A stretch of DNA of 64,000 bases from a bacterium (GTDB lineage: Bacteria; UBA8248; JACPRG01; G963555815): contig CBDHDG010000006.1 of the NCBI GenBank assembly GCA_965261595.1, positions 512,001 through 576,000 of the forward strand. Reading direction: 5' to 3'. Shown piece after piece: positions 33,991 through 46,724 of the stretch. The stretch's first letter is position 1. Every line of letters starts with the position of its first letter. The position numbers and the translations under genes were made by a program. The notes beneath the pieces were generated by a model. It had not been told where the DNA came from. It was given only the letters and a program-made list of their open reading frames with translations, and ran no database searches.

Positions 33991-34796
33991 AGCCTCTCCG
34001 GATCGCGGCGGCGGGGTGGATTCTGGCCGCCGCGGCGGGCTGCGCCTCCATCGCCGTCCCTCCCCCCCCGGAAGCCGGCCGGTTTCTGAGCCGCCCCGGA
34101 TCGCTCCTGGAACGGGTTCGGCGGGCGCGAAATCGTGTGCGCGACCTGCGGGGACTGGTGGAAATCACCCTGGATTCCGAACAAGAGCGTTACGTCGGAA
34201 AGGCGGTCCTGATTCTTCAGGCCGGGGGGTCGATCCGGCTTGAGCCGCTCAACTTCTTCGGCCGCCCGCTGATCTACATCATCGCGCACAAGGGCCGTTT
34301 GCAGGCCTACCAACCCGGCGGCCGCAAGCACTTCCGCGGACCCGCCACCCCTGGGAACCTGCGTAAGTGGATCGGAATTCCGCTTTCCCCCAAGGAAGTG
34401 GTGGATGTTCTCTTGGCGGAAGTCGCGGCGCCCGGAGAAGGGGCTCAAATCCGGGCCGCGTGGGACGGCTCGGGCGGCGGCCCGGGGGCCTACCGCCTGG
34501 AAATCCTCATGAACGGGGGGGCGGCGCACCGCTGGTGGGTCGACGCCCGGACCTTCCTGCCCATCCGGTTTCAGGCGCTCGACCCCGGGGGAGAGGCCAT
34601 ATTGACCGTCCGGTACGACGCCTATCGCAAGGAAGCGGACACCCTGATCCCAACGGATGTCTCGGTCGAAGTGGGGCCGGAGAAGCGAATCCTCGAGGTC
34701 CATTACGGCCGGGTGTCAGTGAACCGGGGCCTCGCGCCGCCGGCCTTCCGCCTCCCGGTTCCAGCGAATGTCCCCGTGATCCCCATGGGCCGTTGA
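33987..34796 (+). CDS. LolB-like/DUF4292 outer-membrane lipoprotein
   Basis: AAGC lipobox; position between TPR and ispE; C-terminal VN.GL....F.L.VP. Confidence 0.65.
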   Translation: MKPLRIAAAGWILAAAAGCASIAVPPPPEAGRFLSRPGSLLERVRRARNRVRDLRGLVEITLDSEQERYVGKAVLILQAGGSIRLEPLNFFGRPLIYIIAHKGRLQAYQPGGRKHFRGPATPGNLRKWIGIPLSPKEVVDVLLAEVAAPGEGAQIRAAWDGSGGGPGAYRLEILMNGGAAHRWWVDARTFLPIRFQALDPGGEAILTVRYDAYRKEADTLIPTDVSVEVGPEKRILEVHYGRVSVNRGLAPPAFRLPVPANVPVIPMGR

Positions 34797-34801
34797 CAAC
34801 G

Positions 34802-35680
34802 ATGACCCCGCGGACCCTGAAGCTTTACCCCCCGGCGAAAATCAACCTGGGCCTGGCCGTCCAGGGCAAGCGGCCGGACGGATATCACGAGGTCCGGACG
34901 GTCCTTCAAAAAGTGGACCTGCGTGACCGCGTGACCTTGACGCGCCGGCCCCGGGGGCTGCGCGTCTGGTGCTCGCATCCCGAAGTTCCCGATGGAGCGC
35001 TCAATCTCGCCCATCGTGCGGCCCGACTCTTGCTGGAGCAGAAGCGCTCCACGGCCGGATGTTCGGTATACATCGAAAAGAAGATCCCCGCCGCGGCGGG
35101 GCTGGGCGGAGGGAGCGCCGATGCGGCGGCGGTTCTGTTCGGCCTGAACACCCTGTTGGAGCTTGGCCTTTCGATGGAAGACCTGTCGGCCCTGGCGGGG
35201 GAGCTCGGGGCGGATGTTCCGTTTTTCCTGGGCGGATCGTGCGCCTTGGGTGAAGGAAAAGGGGACCGCCTGACCGAGATCACGCCCGGTCCGGTCCGTC
35301 CGGTGGTTCTGGTCAAACCACCCCTTTCGGTGTCGACCGCGTGGGCGTACGGGGCGTTGAAATCCGGGTTGACACTCCCTGCCGGCAAACCTAAGATGAG
35401 GTACGAAAAACCCGTGATCCCCCGGCTGCCGCCGGAGTGGGACACGGGGCGGAATGACTTGGAGGGGCCGGTGATTACGGCCCACCCCATCGTCGGGGAG
35501 TTGAAATCCCGGCTGTCGCAAATGGGCGCGGAGCCTGCGCTCATGAGCGGGAGCGGACCGACGGTCTTCGGATGGTTTCGTGACGCTCGGCGGGCGGAGC
35601 GGGTCGCCCGAAGCATCGCGCGCGATGGGTTCTATTCTCGCTTGACCCGGACTCTGGGAGTGGAAGACCACATGTTCTAA
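34802..35680 (+). CDS. ispE: 4-diphosphocytidyl-2-C-methyl-D-erythritol kinase
   Basis: PAKINLGL, DGYHE, IP.AAGLGGGSADAA, GADVPFF, NDLE, MSGSGPTVF. Confidence 0.96.
   Translation: MTPRTLKLYPPAKINLGLAVQGKRPDGYHEVRTVLQKVDLRDRVTLTRRPRGLRVWCSHPEVPDGALNLAHRAARLLLEQKRSTAGCSVYIEKKIPAAAGLGGGSADAAAVLFGLNTLLELGLSMEDLSALAGELGADVPFFLGGSCALGEGKGDRLTEITPGPVRPVVLVKPPLSVSTAWAYGALKSGLTLPAGKPKMRYEKPVIPRLPPEWDTGRNDLEGPVITAHPIVGELKSRLSQMGAEPALMSGSGPTVFGWFRDARRAERVARSIARDGFYSRLTRTLGVEDHMF
35369..35397 (+). promoter_or_regulatory. Putative internal sigma70 promoter inside ispE
   Basis: TTGACA-N17-TAAGAT, near consensus. Confidence 0.55.
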
Positions 35681-35728
35681 CGTATTCCGAAGGATCCCAA
35701 GGGCCCCGACAGGGGGGGTGGTGGCGAA

Positions 35729-36073
35729 ATGGAGATCACCGAGGTCCGCGTATACCCCGTTGACGAAGACAAGCTGAAGGCCTATGTCACCATCACGTTC
35801 GATCAATGTTTCGTCGTCAGAGACTTGAAGATTATCCAAGGGACCAACGGATTGTTCGTGGCCATGCCGAGTCGAAAGTGCAAGGACGGCTCGTTCAAGG
35901 ACACCGCTCACCCCCTGAACAGCGAAACCCGTCGGATGATTGAAGACCGGATCCTGGGCCGATACGAAGAGATTCTGCGCCAGCGTCAGGAGCCCCGCCA
36001 AACGGGGGCGCCGAACGAGGGCGAGGGGTCGACTGGCGAGCCGCCTCTTCCCCAACCCGAGGATACGTTCTAA
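35729..36073 (+). CDS. spoVG: SpoVG-family protein
   Basis: MEITEVRV...[39 protein letters not shown]. Confidence 0.95.
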   Translation: MEITEVRVYPVDEDKLKAYVTITFDQCFVVRDLKIIQGTNGLFVAMPSRKCKDGSFKDTAHPLNSETRRMIEDRILGRYEEILRQRQEPRQTGAPNEGEGSTGEPPLPQPEDTF

Positions 36074-36094
36074 GAAAGTGGATTTGCCCCTTTT

Positions 36095-36169
36095 TGGGGC
36101 GTCGCCAAGCGGTAAGGCACTGGGTTTTGGACCCAGCATTCGGAGGTTCGAATCCTCCCGCCCCAGCCA
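36095..36169 (+). tRNA. tRNA-Gln(TTG)
   Basis: Cloverleaf: TGGGGCG/CGCCCCA acceptor stem, CTGGG-TTTTGGA-CCCAG anticodon arm, GGAGG-TTCGAAT-CCTCC T arm, encoded CCA. Confidence 0.97.
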
Positions 36170-36206
36170 GTGTACAGTTCTTGACCCATCGGGGACATCA
36201 GCATTG

Positions 36207-37148
<942 letters not shown>

Positions 37149-37161
37149 TGAGAGGAAGGTC

Positions 37162-37851
37162 ATGGAAGAGTTGGTGTTGAACGCCCAGCCCCGTGAAGGC
37201 CGGGGAAAAGGCCCCGCCCGCCGCGTTCGCCAAAAGGGAGGCATCCCGGCGGTGATGTACGGGGAAGGAGAGAACCTCTCCCTACTCCTCGACCCGCGGG
37301 AGATCCAGACGCTCTTGAACACAGAGGCGGGGGCCAACGCCCTCATGACCCTCAAGGTCGAGGGAGACACGGACGTCAGCCGTGTGGTCATGGTCCGGGA
37401 CCTCCAGAGCGACCCCGTCCGGGGCGCGGTCCTGCACGCCGACCTGCTTCGGATCTCCATGGATCGGGAGGTCGAGGTCGAGGTCCGCATCAACCTGGAG
37501 GGCATACCCCTCGGGGTGTCCCAGGACGACGGCTATCTCGGCCAGTTGCTCTCGACCCTGACCCTGCGCTGTCTGCCGATGGCCATCCCGGACGCCATCC
37601 ATGCCGACGTGAGCGAGCTCATGATCGGACAGGTCCTCCACGTGGGAGACCTGGAACTGCCCGAGGGCGTCACCGTCCTGGCCGAATCCGAAGAGGCGGT
37701 CGCCAGCGTGACCATCGTCACGGTCGAGGAAGAAGCCCCGGCCGAGGCGGCGGAAGGCGAAGAGGTCGAGGCGGCGGAAGGCGAGGACGAGGCGAAGGGA
37801 GAGGATTCCGAATCGGCCGGAGAGGCCAAAGAAGAGCCCGCCAAGGGTTGA
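37162..37851 (+). CDS. rplY: 50S ribosomal protein L25/Ctc
   Basis: R.GKG.ARR.R..G.IPAV.YG, Q.DPV...LH.D, acidic tail. Confidence 0.95.
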   Translation: MEELVLNAQPREGRGKGPARRVRQKGGIPAVMYGEGENLSLLLDPREIQTLLNTEAGANALMTLKVEGDTDVSRVVMVRDLQSDPVRGAVLHADLLRISMDREVEVEVRINLEGIPLGVSQDDGYLGQLLSTLTLRCLPMAIPDAIHADVSELMIGQVLHVGDLELPEGVTVLAESEEAVASVTIVTVEEEAPAEAAEGEEVEAAEGEDEAKGEDSESAGEAKEEPAKG

Positions 37852-38468
37852 GGCTTTTCAAGCCCCGCCCCAGGCCGGAACCGGGTGAAATCGTTCTGGT
37901 CATCGGGCTGGGAAATCCGGGGGCCGAGTACGAAGAGACCCGCCACAACGTCGGGTTTCTCGTGGTGGATGAAATGGCCGCCCGGCTGGGCGTCGCGTTC
38001 AAGGATGCGGGCCATTGTTCGCTTGCGGATAATGGCTCTCTTTATGACCGCCGCGTCATCCTGGCCAAGCCGCGGACCTACATGAACCGTTCCGGCGGGG
38101 CGGTTCGGGGGCTGCTGAAAGCGCACGGCCTGGGGCCCGCGGACCTGCTGGTGGTCCACGATGACCTGGACATCGAGTTCGGGAAGGTCCGCCTCAAGCG
38201 CACGGGCGGAGACGGCGGGCAGCGCGGAATCCGTTCCATCATTGCCAGCCTGGGCGGAGGGGAGGGGGGGGGGGATTTTTCCCGCATCCGGGTGGGGATC
38301 GGCCGCGGGACCGAACGGGGAAACGAGGCCGATTACGTCCTGAGCCCGTTCACCCGCCATGAGCGCGAAGAGTTGAATGCGGTGATCGACACAGCCGTCG
38401 ATCTCGTTTTTGAATTGATTCGAATTTGGGACCGGAATCGGATCCCAGAGGGTCGGAAGGGAGATTAA
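37848..38468 (+). CDS. pth: Peptidyl-tRNA hydrolase
   Basis: IGLGNPG..Y..TRHNVGF, KP.TYMN.SG, VVHDDLD, R.R.GIG, YVL..F. Confidence 0.95.
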   Translation: MRLFKPRPRPEPGEIVLVIGLGNPGAEYEETRHNVGFLVVDEMAARLGVAFKDAGHCSLADNGSLYDRRVILAKPRTYMNRSGGAVRGLLKAHGLGPADLLVVHDDLDIEFGKVRLKRTGGDGGQRGIRSIIASLGGGEGGGDFSRIRVGIGRGTERGNEADYVLSPFTRHEREELNAVIDTAVDLVFELIRIWDRNRIPEGRKGD

Positions 38469-38473
38469 GCTCG

Positions 38474-40441
<1,968 letters not shown>

Positions 40442-40530
40442 CAACCGCGGGTTGCCGATCCGGCCGATGCCGACTAGATAGGGGGAAAAGCGATTGTGTT
40501 CAGAGGTGCCCCTGTGATAGGGCGCCCGCA

Positions 40531-40613
40531 TTTCTCCTTGCTCGCAGGCTTCCGGCGCTCCATTGCGGGGGCCGGTCTCGACTTGTGGGCTGCCAACCCG
40601 AGGGGAGAACCGA
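40531..40613 (+). promoter_or_regulatory. Putative S6:S18 ribosomal-protein leader RNA
   Basis: TTCTCC pairs with the SD region GGAGAA; GCTCGCAGG/CTTGTGGGC and CCGGC/GCCGG stems; C-rich unpaired segment; directly upstream of rpsF-ssb-rpsR. Confidence 0.55.
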
Positions 40614-41153
40614 ATGACCCACTACGAAACCATACTGATCTTCCATCCCGACCTGTCCGATGAAGAGCTCGACACCCATGCCGAGGCCGTCCGGGATCGC
40701 CTGACGGCGGGCGGCGCCGAGATCAAGGACATGGAGCGTTGGGGGAAGAGACGCCTCGCGTACAACGTTCGCCGGCAGCGGTACGGCCACTACGTCCTCT
40801 ATCGCTACACCGCTCCCGCCAAGGTGATCCGGGAAACGGAGAGTCACCTGACAATCTCCGAGTTCGTGCTGAAATACCTCACCGTCCGTTGCGGGTCCGA
40901 TGAAAAGACCCCGCCCGATTTCCTGCGCGGCGAGCGCGGGCGCGCGGAGGAAGGCGAACCCGCCGACGAGGAAACGTCGCGCCGCTCTCCGGAGCGGACG
41001 CATCCGCCGTCTGAATCATCCGATTCAAAAAAGCCCCCCCCGGCGCCGAAAAAAGCCGATGAGCCGGCAGTAACGGAAGCCGAGACGCCCGCAGTGGAAG
41101 CAAAGCCGGCTACAGCGGAAGCCGAGACGCCCGACGTGAAACCCGAGGCGTAA
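40614..41153 (+). CDS. rpsF: 30S ribosomal protein S6 with long low-complexity tail
   Basis: YET.LI.HPDLS.E, WGKRRLAY.V.....GHY, VLKYL. Confidence 0.95.
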   Translation: MTHYETILIFHPDLSDEELDTHAEAVRDRLTAGGAEIKDMERWGKRRLAYNVRRQRYGHYVLYRYTAPAKVIRETESHLTISEFVLKYLTVRCGSDEKTPPDFLRGERGRAEEGEPADEETSRRSPERTHPPSESSDSKKPPPAPKKADEPAVTEAETPAVEAKPATAEAETPDVKPEA

Positions 41154-41186
41154 CCCCGCGCCAGAGGGTCAGGAGGAAGAGGCGAG

Positions 41187-41639
41187 ATGGCCAACTACAA
41201 CCGAGTGATCCTGTTGGGAAACCTCACCCGCGATCCGGAAGTCCGCTACACGCCCCAAGGCACGCCCGTGGCCAACTTCGGCCTCGCCATCAATCATCGG
41301 TACCGTCAAGGCGAAGAGCAGCGGGAGGAAACCTGCTTCGTGGACATCGTGGCTTTCGGGCGGCAGGCCGAACTGGTGGGCGAATACCTCTCCAAAGGGC
41401 GGTCCGCGCTGATCGAAGGGCGGCTCCAATACCGCACCTGGGAATCGCAGGACGGCGCCAAGCGGAGCAAGCACGAGGTGGTCGCCCAGAGCGTGCAATT
41501 CATGCCCCAATCGGGCCAGGGCGGCCAGGCGGGCCAAGCCGGCCAGGCGGGAGACGGCGGCCGGAGGCCCCAGGCGCAAGACCCGGATGAGGGCGAGTCC
41601 CCCCCCTCCCCTTCCGTCGATGACGACATTCCCTTTTAG
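41187..41639 (+). CDS. ssb: Single-stranded DNA-binding protein
   Basis: NRVILLGNLTRDPE.RYTP.G, EGRL..R.W, C-terminal DDDIPF. Confidence 0.97.
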   Translation: MANYNRVILLGNLTRDPEVRYTPQGTPVANFGLAINHRYRQGEEQREETCFVDIVAFGRQAELVGEYLSKGRSALIEGRLQYRTWESQDGAKRSKHEVVAQSVQFMPQSGQGGQAGQAGQAGDGGRRPQAQDPDEGESPPSPSVDDDIPF

Positions 41640-41651
41640 GAGACATTTCCT

Positions 41652-41906
41652 TTGGCACTCAGGAAACCGGTCAGAAAAAAGAAGAAACGCTACGTGCCCA
41701 AGAAGGTCTGCCGCTTCTGTGTGGACAAGGTGGAATACGTCGATTACAAGGACCTTCGGCGCATCCGGAACTTGATGACCGAGAGGGGGAAGATCATCTC
41801 TCGGAGAATTTCGGGCAACTGCGCGCGTCACCAAAGACAACTCACCACGGCCATCAAGCGGGCTCGGAACATCGCCCTGTTGCCCTTCGCCGTCGATCGG
41901 CAATGA
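41652..41906 (+). CDS. rpsR: 30S ribosomal protein S18 (Zn-binding C+ form)
   Basis: KVCRFC...DYKD...ERGKI..RR.SG.CA.HQR.L..AIKRAR..ALLPF. Confidence 0.97.
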   Translation: MALRKPVRKKKKRYVPKKVCRFCVDKVEYVDYKDLRRIRNLMTERGKIISRRISGNCARHQRQLTTAIKRARNIALLPFAVDRQ

Positions 41907-41999
41907 CCGGCGGCGGAAACGCCCCGGGCAAGCCGGTTTCGGCGGTCCGGGCGCCTCTCGGCTGAGCCGGCGGGAAGCAGACTGCGCGAGGTTTCGGAC

Positions 42000-43076
42000 A
42001 TGGACATGGACACATCCCGACCAGCTGAAGACGGGGGCGCGGCTCCCCGCCCGGACGCCGCGCCCGACCTGACCGCCCACGGCGGGGACTCCCCGGAGCG
42101 GCAGGACCTTCCGAAGCCCGGGGGGATTCTCCTGTCCGACGCGGCCCGGATTCTGGGCTTGGGAAGCGCGACGTTTCTGCTCTATCTGGCCCTGGAGCGA
42201 TTGCCGCTGATGGGCGGCGTCATCGGCGTTCTCGGCGCGATCGTGGGGCTGTTCTCCCCCGCGCCCGCCATTCAGGTTTTCCTTCGCTGGGGGACGGGGG
42301 CCGGGTCGGCCGTGATCCTCGGCGTGGCCGTCGTCTTGGCCTGGGCCGAAGGCTGGGAAATCTCTCTCCAGTTCCTGGCGTCCATCGGCGTGATCAGTTG
42401 GCTGCTGGCCGCGTCCATCTCCGCCGGGCGCCCCATCGAGCGGGCCGTGGGTATCAGCATCCTGGGCGCGGCAATCGGTCTGGGGGTGTTGTATGCGGTG
42501 TTGATCGCGGGGGGAAGCGGCGACGGGCTCAGCGTCTTTCTCGGGCCGGAGGGGGAAAAGGTGCTGCGCCGGTTGCCCGGGGGCGCCACCGGAGCGCAAC
42601 AGGAGGAGGTCAGCCGTCTGCTCCGGATCATGGGACATTTGATACCCGCGTTCGCCGTCATGCAGGCGACACTGACCTCGCTGCTGAATTACATGTTGTT
42701 GCGGCATATCTGGACCCTGCGCGGGGCGGGAGGTCTCTTTCCAACGCGGGATCTGGGCCGGTGGTCGATGGCGGAGCCGGCGGTCTGGGCGCTGATCGTC
42801 AGCACCGGGTTGCTCTACTTCCTGAGGGGGACCTCGCTGGCCTGGGTGATGGGCAACGTCCTTCTGATCCTCCTCTTCGGCTATTTTTTGCAGGGGATTG
42901 CGGTGACCCATTTTCTGCTACGGAAGACGGGCGTCGTCGTGATGTATCGGATTCCGCTTTACTTTTTCGTGCTGACTTTCAGTTATGTCGTGGCCGCGCT
43001 CGGCTTGTTCGATCTGTGGTTTGACTTCCGCAGGATCCGGACCGCCGCCCCTTCCGCGGACAACGAAGACGGCTGA
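42000..43076 (+). CDS. YybS/DUF2232-family membrane protein
   Basis: Multiple TM segments, FLQG.AV, LGLFD.WFDFRR; conserved position between rpsR and rplI. Confidence 0.85.
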   Translation: MDMDTSRPAEDGGAAPRPDAAPDLTAHGGDSPERQDLPKPGGILLSDAARILGLGSATFLLYLALERLPLMGGVIGVLGAIVGLFSPAPAIQVFLRWGTGAGSAVILGVAVVLAWAEGWEISLQFLASIGVISWLLAASISAGRPIERAVGISILGAAIGLGVLYAVLIAGGSGDGLSVFLGPEGEKVLRRLPGGATGAQQEEVSRLLRIMGHLIPAFAVMQATLTSLLNYMLLRHIWTLRGAGGLFPTRDLGRWSMAEPAVWALIVSTGLLYFLRGTSLAWVMGNVLLILLFGYFLQGIAVTHFLLRKTGVVVMYRIPLYFFVLTFSYVVAALGLFDLWFDFRRIRTAAPSADNEDG

Positions 43077-43091
43077 GGAGGATGTGACAAC

Positions 43092-43691
43092 ATGAAAGTG
43101 ATCCTTCGGGAGGAGGTCGAGAACCTCGGCGATCTGGGAGACCTGGTCGAGGTGGCGAACGGTTATGGACGCAATTACCTGATCCCCCAGGGTCTGGCGG
43201 TTCAGGCCTCGACTCGCAACGTCAAGGCGATGGAGCACGAAAAACGCCTTCAGGCCCAGCGCCTCCACAAACTCAAGGGCGCGGCCGAAGAGTTCGCCGC
43301 CCGGCTGGAGAAGCTGTCCCTGCGTCTCAAGAAAAAGGTCGGAGAAGGCGACCGTTTGTACGGATCGGTGACCTCGCAGGAGATCGCCGAGGCCGTCCTG
43401 GCGGCCGGAGAGAAGGTGGACCGCCGGAAAATCCAGCTCGAGGCCCCCATCAAAGCCCTGGGGGTGTTCAAGGTGCCCGTCAAGGTCCACCCGGACGTCA
43501 CGGCCGAGCTGAGCGTCACGGTGGAGGGCGAAAAGGTCCAGGCCGACGAGACCGCCCCGGCCGATCCGGCTGAGACCTCCGCGGAGAAGGCGCCCGCGGC
43601 GGAAGCAGAAGCGGACTCCGCGGGCGAAGCCGAAGCCGGGGAAGACCCCTCGGAAACCGGCGACGCGGAGCCGGCGGAGGAGAACGAGTAG
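43092..43691 (+). CDS. rplI: 50S ribosomal protein L9 with acidic tail
   Basis: MKVIL...V.NLG..GD.VEV..GYGRNYLIP.G.A, LYGSVT, PIK.LG. Confidence 0.97.
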   Translation: MKVILREEVENLGDLGDLVEVANGYGRNYLIPQGLAVQASTRNVKAMEHEKRLQAQRLHKLKGAAEEFAARLEKLSLRLKKKVGEGDRLYGSVTSQEIAEAVLAAGEKVDRRKIQLEAPIKALGVFKVPVKVHPDVTAELSVTVEGEKVQADETAPADPAETSAEKAPAAEAEADSAGEAEAGEDPSETGDAEPAEENE

Positions 43692-43882
43692 CCGGGACCC
43701 CGGTCTGAGAGCGGAGGGGGGGCCGCCCGGAAGGCCGCCCGGATGGGAGGGCGCCCGCACCCAGCCCCCGCGCCGCTCCCGCGGTCTGTTACAATCAGTG
43801 ACCGGGCCTCCGGAAGGTCCGGGAAACCGGACCGCTTGGCCGGTTGTTGCCGCCGCGTCATACGCACGCCGAAAGACAGCTC

Positions 43883-45280
43883 ATGACACCCCCTGAAGAA
43901 GCCCTTCACAGACTTCCGCCCCAGAACATCGAGGCCGAGCAGGCCGTCCTCGGGGCCGTTCTGCTGGATAACGCCGCGATCCCCAAGGCCCTCGAAATCC
44001 TCAAAGAAAATCATTTTTACCGGGAGGCCCACCGCAAGATCTTTTCCGGGATGCGGGAGCTCTTCGAGCGCAATGAGCCCATCGATCTGTTGACCCTGAC
44101 CGACCGGCTCCGCAAGAACACCTGCCTGGAAGACGTGGGGGGGGAAGCGTACCTGGGCGCCCTGGTGGACGCGGTGCCGACCGCGGCGGGCGTCTCGCGT
44201 CACGCGGAGCTGATCAAGGAGAAGGCCATTGTCCGCGACCTCATTTCAGCGGCCACCGAGATCATTGCGCGGGGCTATGAAGAGACCGACGACGCCGAGG
44301 TTTACCTGGATCAGGCGGAACGCGTGATTTTCGAGATTTCGCAAGACCGCGTCTCGCAAAGCTTCGTCAGCATGAGCGATGTCATCAAGTCCACGTTCGG
44401 GATGATCGAGGAGCTTTACGAACGCAAGGAAATGGTGACGGGCGTCCCCACCGGTTTCCAGGATTTCGACCGGCTGACGGCCGGCCTTCAACCTTCCGAT
44501 CTGGTGATCATCGCGGGCCGGCCGAGCATGGGAAAGACCTCTTTCGCCCTGAGCATTGTCCAGAACCTGGGCGCGCGGCAAGGGGACAAGACGCCCGTCG
44601 GGATCTTCAGCTTGGAGATGTCGAAGGAGCAGTTATTGATTCGTCTCCTTTGCTCGATCGGCAGGATTGACATTCAGAAGCTGCGGACGGGCCATATGAA
44701 TTCAAAGGAATGGGTGGCCCTCACCAAAGCCGCCGGAGACCTCGAGGACGCGGAAATCTATATCGATGACAGCGCCGCGCTGACCGCCCTGGACATCCGG
44801 GCGCGCTCCAGGCGATTGAAAGCCGAGAAAGGCCTCTCCCTGATCGTCGTGGATTACCTCCAACTGATGAGAGGCCGGGCGAAGATGGAGAATCGGCAGC
44901 AGGAGATTTCAGAGATCACCCGCTCCCTGAAAGAGCTGGCCAAGGAGCTGAATGTCCCGGTCATCGCGTTGTCGCAGCTGAGCCGCCAGGTCGAGCAACG
45001 TGAAGGAAACAGACCGCAGCTCTCCGACCTTCGCGAGTCCGGCGCCATCGAGCAGGACGCCGATGTCGTGGTGTTCCTGTACAGGCCGGAGGTTTACTAT
45101 CGGGGGGACGATGAAGAGAAGCTCCTGGAAATGGAAGGAAAGGCCGAAATCATTATCGCGAAGCAGCGAAACGGCCCCATCGGCGTCGTCAAAGCCACCT
45201 TCATCAAGAACTATGCCCGGTTTGAAAGCGCCACCAGCGATGAGTATTACACACCGAGCGATGAACCCGTTCCTTTCTGA
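43883..45280 (+). CDS. dnaB: Replicative DNA helicase
   Basis: PPQNIEAEQAVLG, AGRPSMGKT, FSLEMS, VDYLQLM, LSQLSR.VE, SDLRESGAIEQDAD, KQRNGP; no intein. Confidence 0.97.
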   Translation: MTPPEEALHRLPPQNIEAEQAVLGAVLLDNAAIPKALEILKENHFYREAHRKIFSGMRELFERNEPIDLLTLTDRLRKNTCLEDVGGEAYLGALVDAVPTAAGVSRHAELIKEKAIVRDLISAATEIIARGYEETDDAEVYLDQAERVIFEISQDRVSQSFVSMSDVIKSTFGMIEELYERKEMVTGVPTGFQDFDRLTAGLQPSDLVIIAGRPSMGKTSFALSIVQNLGARQGDKTPVGIFSLEMSKEQLLIRLLCSIGRIDIQKLRTGHMNSKEWVALTKAAGDLEDAEIYIDDSAALTALDIRARSRRLKAEKGLSLIVVDYLQLMRGRAKMENRQQEISEITRSLKELAKELNVPVIALSQLSRQVEQREGNRPQLSDLRESGAIEQDADVVVFLYRPEVYYRGDDEEKLLEMEGKAEIIIAKQRNGPIGVVKATFIKNYARFESATSDEYYTPSDEPVPF

Positions 45281-45322
45281 GCGGCCTTTCGCGCCACAAA
45301 CGTTTCCGTCTCCCCCTGAGCC

Positions 45323-46633
45323 TTGGCGGATCTCCCCGGATTGAGCCTGACGATTTCGACCCAAGAGAAAGCTGTCCGGACCCTCCGGCCCACGGTCGCG
45401 CGGATCGACCTGGACGCCGTGGCCCGGAACACCGCCCGGGTGCGCTCGCTCCTCGGCCGATCCACGAAGCTCCTGGCCGTCGTCAAGGCGGACGGCTACG
45501 GCCACGGGGCCGCGGAGATCGCCGGCGCCGCCGTCGCCGCCGGGGCCGAGATGCTGGGCGTTGGGGTGGTGGAGGAGGGATGGGAGCTCCGGCGGGCCGG
45601 TGTGGCCTCGCCCATCCTGGTCCTGGCCGGCGCCCTGGCTGAGCAGGCCCCGTCCTTGGCGGCGGGCGGGTTTCACGTGGTCCTCTGCGACGCCTCCCTG
45701 GCCGAAGCCCTGTCGGCGGCGGGCCACGCGGCGGGGCGGCGGATCCCCGTCCACGTCAAGGTGGACACGGGAATGGGCAGATTGGGGGTCCAGCCGGGCG
45801 AGGCGGCCGATTTCCTGTCGTTTCTCTCGGACCTGGACGGGATCGAGGTCCGGGGGTTGATGTCCCATTTCGCCGACGCCGAGGACCCCGAAGGCGGCTC
45901 GGACCGCCAGATGGATTCTTTCCTCGGCCTGGTGGAATCCCTTCGGACCCGGGCCCTGTGGCCGGAGCCCGGAGGGGGGGGGGGGGATTCGCCGATTCTG
46001 CATTGCGCCAACAGCGCGGCGGCGCTCTCCTTGCCGGGGTCCCGGCTTGACATGGCGAGGGTGGGGATCCTGCTCCTGGGCGCGGCCCCGTGGGCCGGCC
46101 GGCCCATCGAGGGTTACTCCCCCGCGATGTCGTGGAACAGCCGCGTCGTCCACATCAACGAGGCCGAATCCGACCGGACCGTGGGTTACGGCCGGACGCA
46201 CCGGATGTCCGGCCCAAGCCGGCTGGCCATCGTCCCCATGGGCTATGCGGACGGGTATCCGCGAATTCTCAGCAACAAGGCGGACGTCCTGGTGCGCGGA
46301 CGGAGGGCCCCGGTCATCGGGGCGGTTTCCATGGACATGTTGACCGTCTCTGTCACCCACCTCCCGGACGTCTCGGTGGGCGACGAGGTCGTCCTCCTGG
46401 GCGCGCAGAGGGGGGGGGGGGAGGAGGGGGGGGGAGGCGAGCGGGTCACCGCCGAGGAGCTGGCCGAGTTGGCGGACTCCGTCCCCTATGAGATCCTCTG
46501 CGGTTTGTCCCGGCGGGTCCCCCGGGTGTATCTGGAGGGAGGCCGCGCCGTTCGCACCACCTATCCGGACGCCCTCTTTCCCGAAGGGGCGCTTCCGGAG
46601 CCGGACGCCGGTCCGGAGCGCTTGACGTTGTAG
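45323..46633 (+). CDS. alr: Alanine racemase
   Basis: AVVKADGYGHG, HVKVDTGMGRLG, MSHFADA, HCANSAA, GYADG, VSMD, YEILC. Confidence 0.95.
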   Translation: MADLPGLSLTISTQEKAVRTLRPTVARIDLDAVARNTARVRSLLGRSTKLLAVVKADGYGHGAAEIAGAAVAAGAEMLGVGVVEEGWELRRAGVASPILVLAGALAEQAPSLAAGGFHVVLCDASLAEALSAAGHAAGRRIPVHVKVDTGMGRLGVQPGEAADFLSFLSDLDGIEVRGLMSHFADAEDPEGGSDRQMDSFLGLVESLRTRALWPEPGGGGGDSPILHCANSAAALSLPGSRLDMARVGILLLGAAPWAGRPIEGYSPAMSWNSRVVHINEAESDRTVGYGRTHRMSGPSRLAIVPMGYADGYPRILSNKADVLVRGRRAPVIGAVSMDMLTVSVTHLPDVSVGDEVVLLGAQRGGGEEGGGGERVTAEELAELADSVPYEILCGLSRRVPRVYLEGGRAVRTTYPDALFPEGALPEPDAGPERLTL

Positions 46634-46724
46634 GCGCGGCGGCCCCCGGGTCCGTGCGCGATGAAACAGAGACCTCGGCCCGTCCGGCAGAGCGGACCCG
46701 CCGCTGGAAGAAGGGAGCGCCCTC

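Noticed and set aside
35729..36073. spoVG as evidence of sporulation
   Set aside because: SpoVG is a nucleic-acid-binding protein also found in non-sporulating bacteria, commonly near ispE/prs
36095..36169. tRNA-Gln as an island integration site
   Set aside because: Flanked by core genes spoVG and prs; no integrase or duplicated 3' end seen
43883..45280. Intein in DnaB
   Set aside because: Normal length (465 aa) with contiguous motifs
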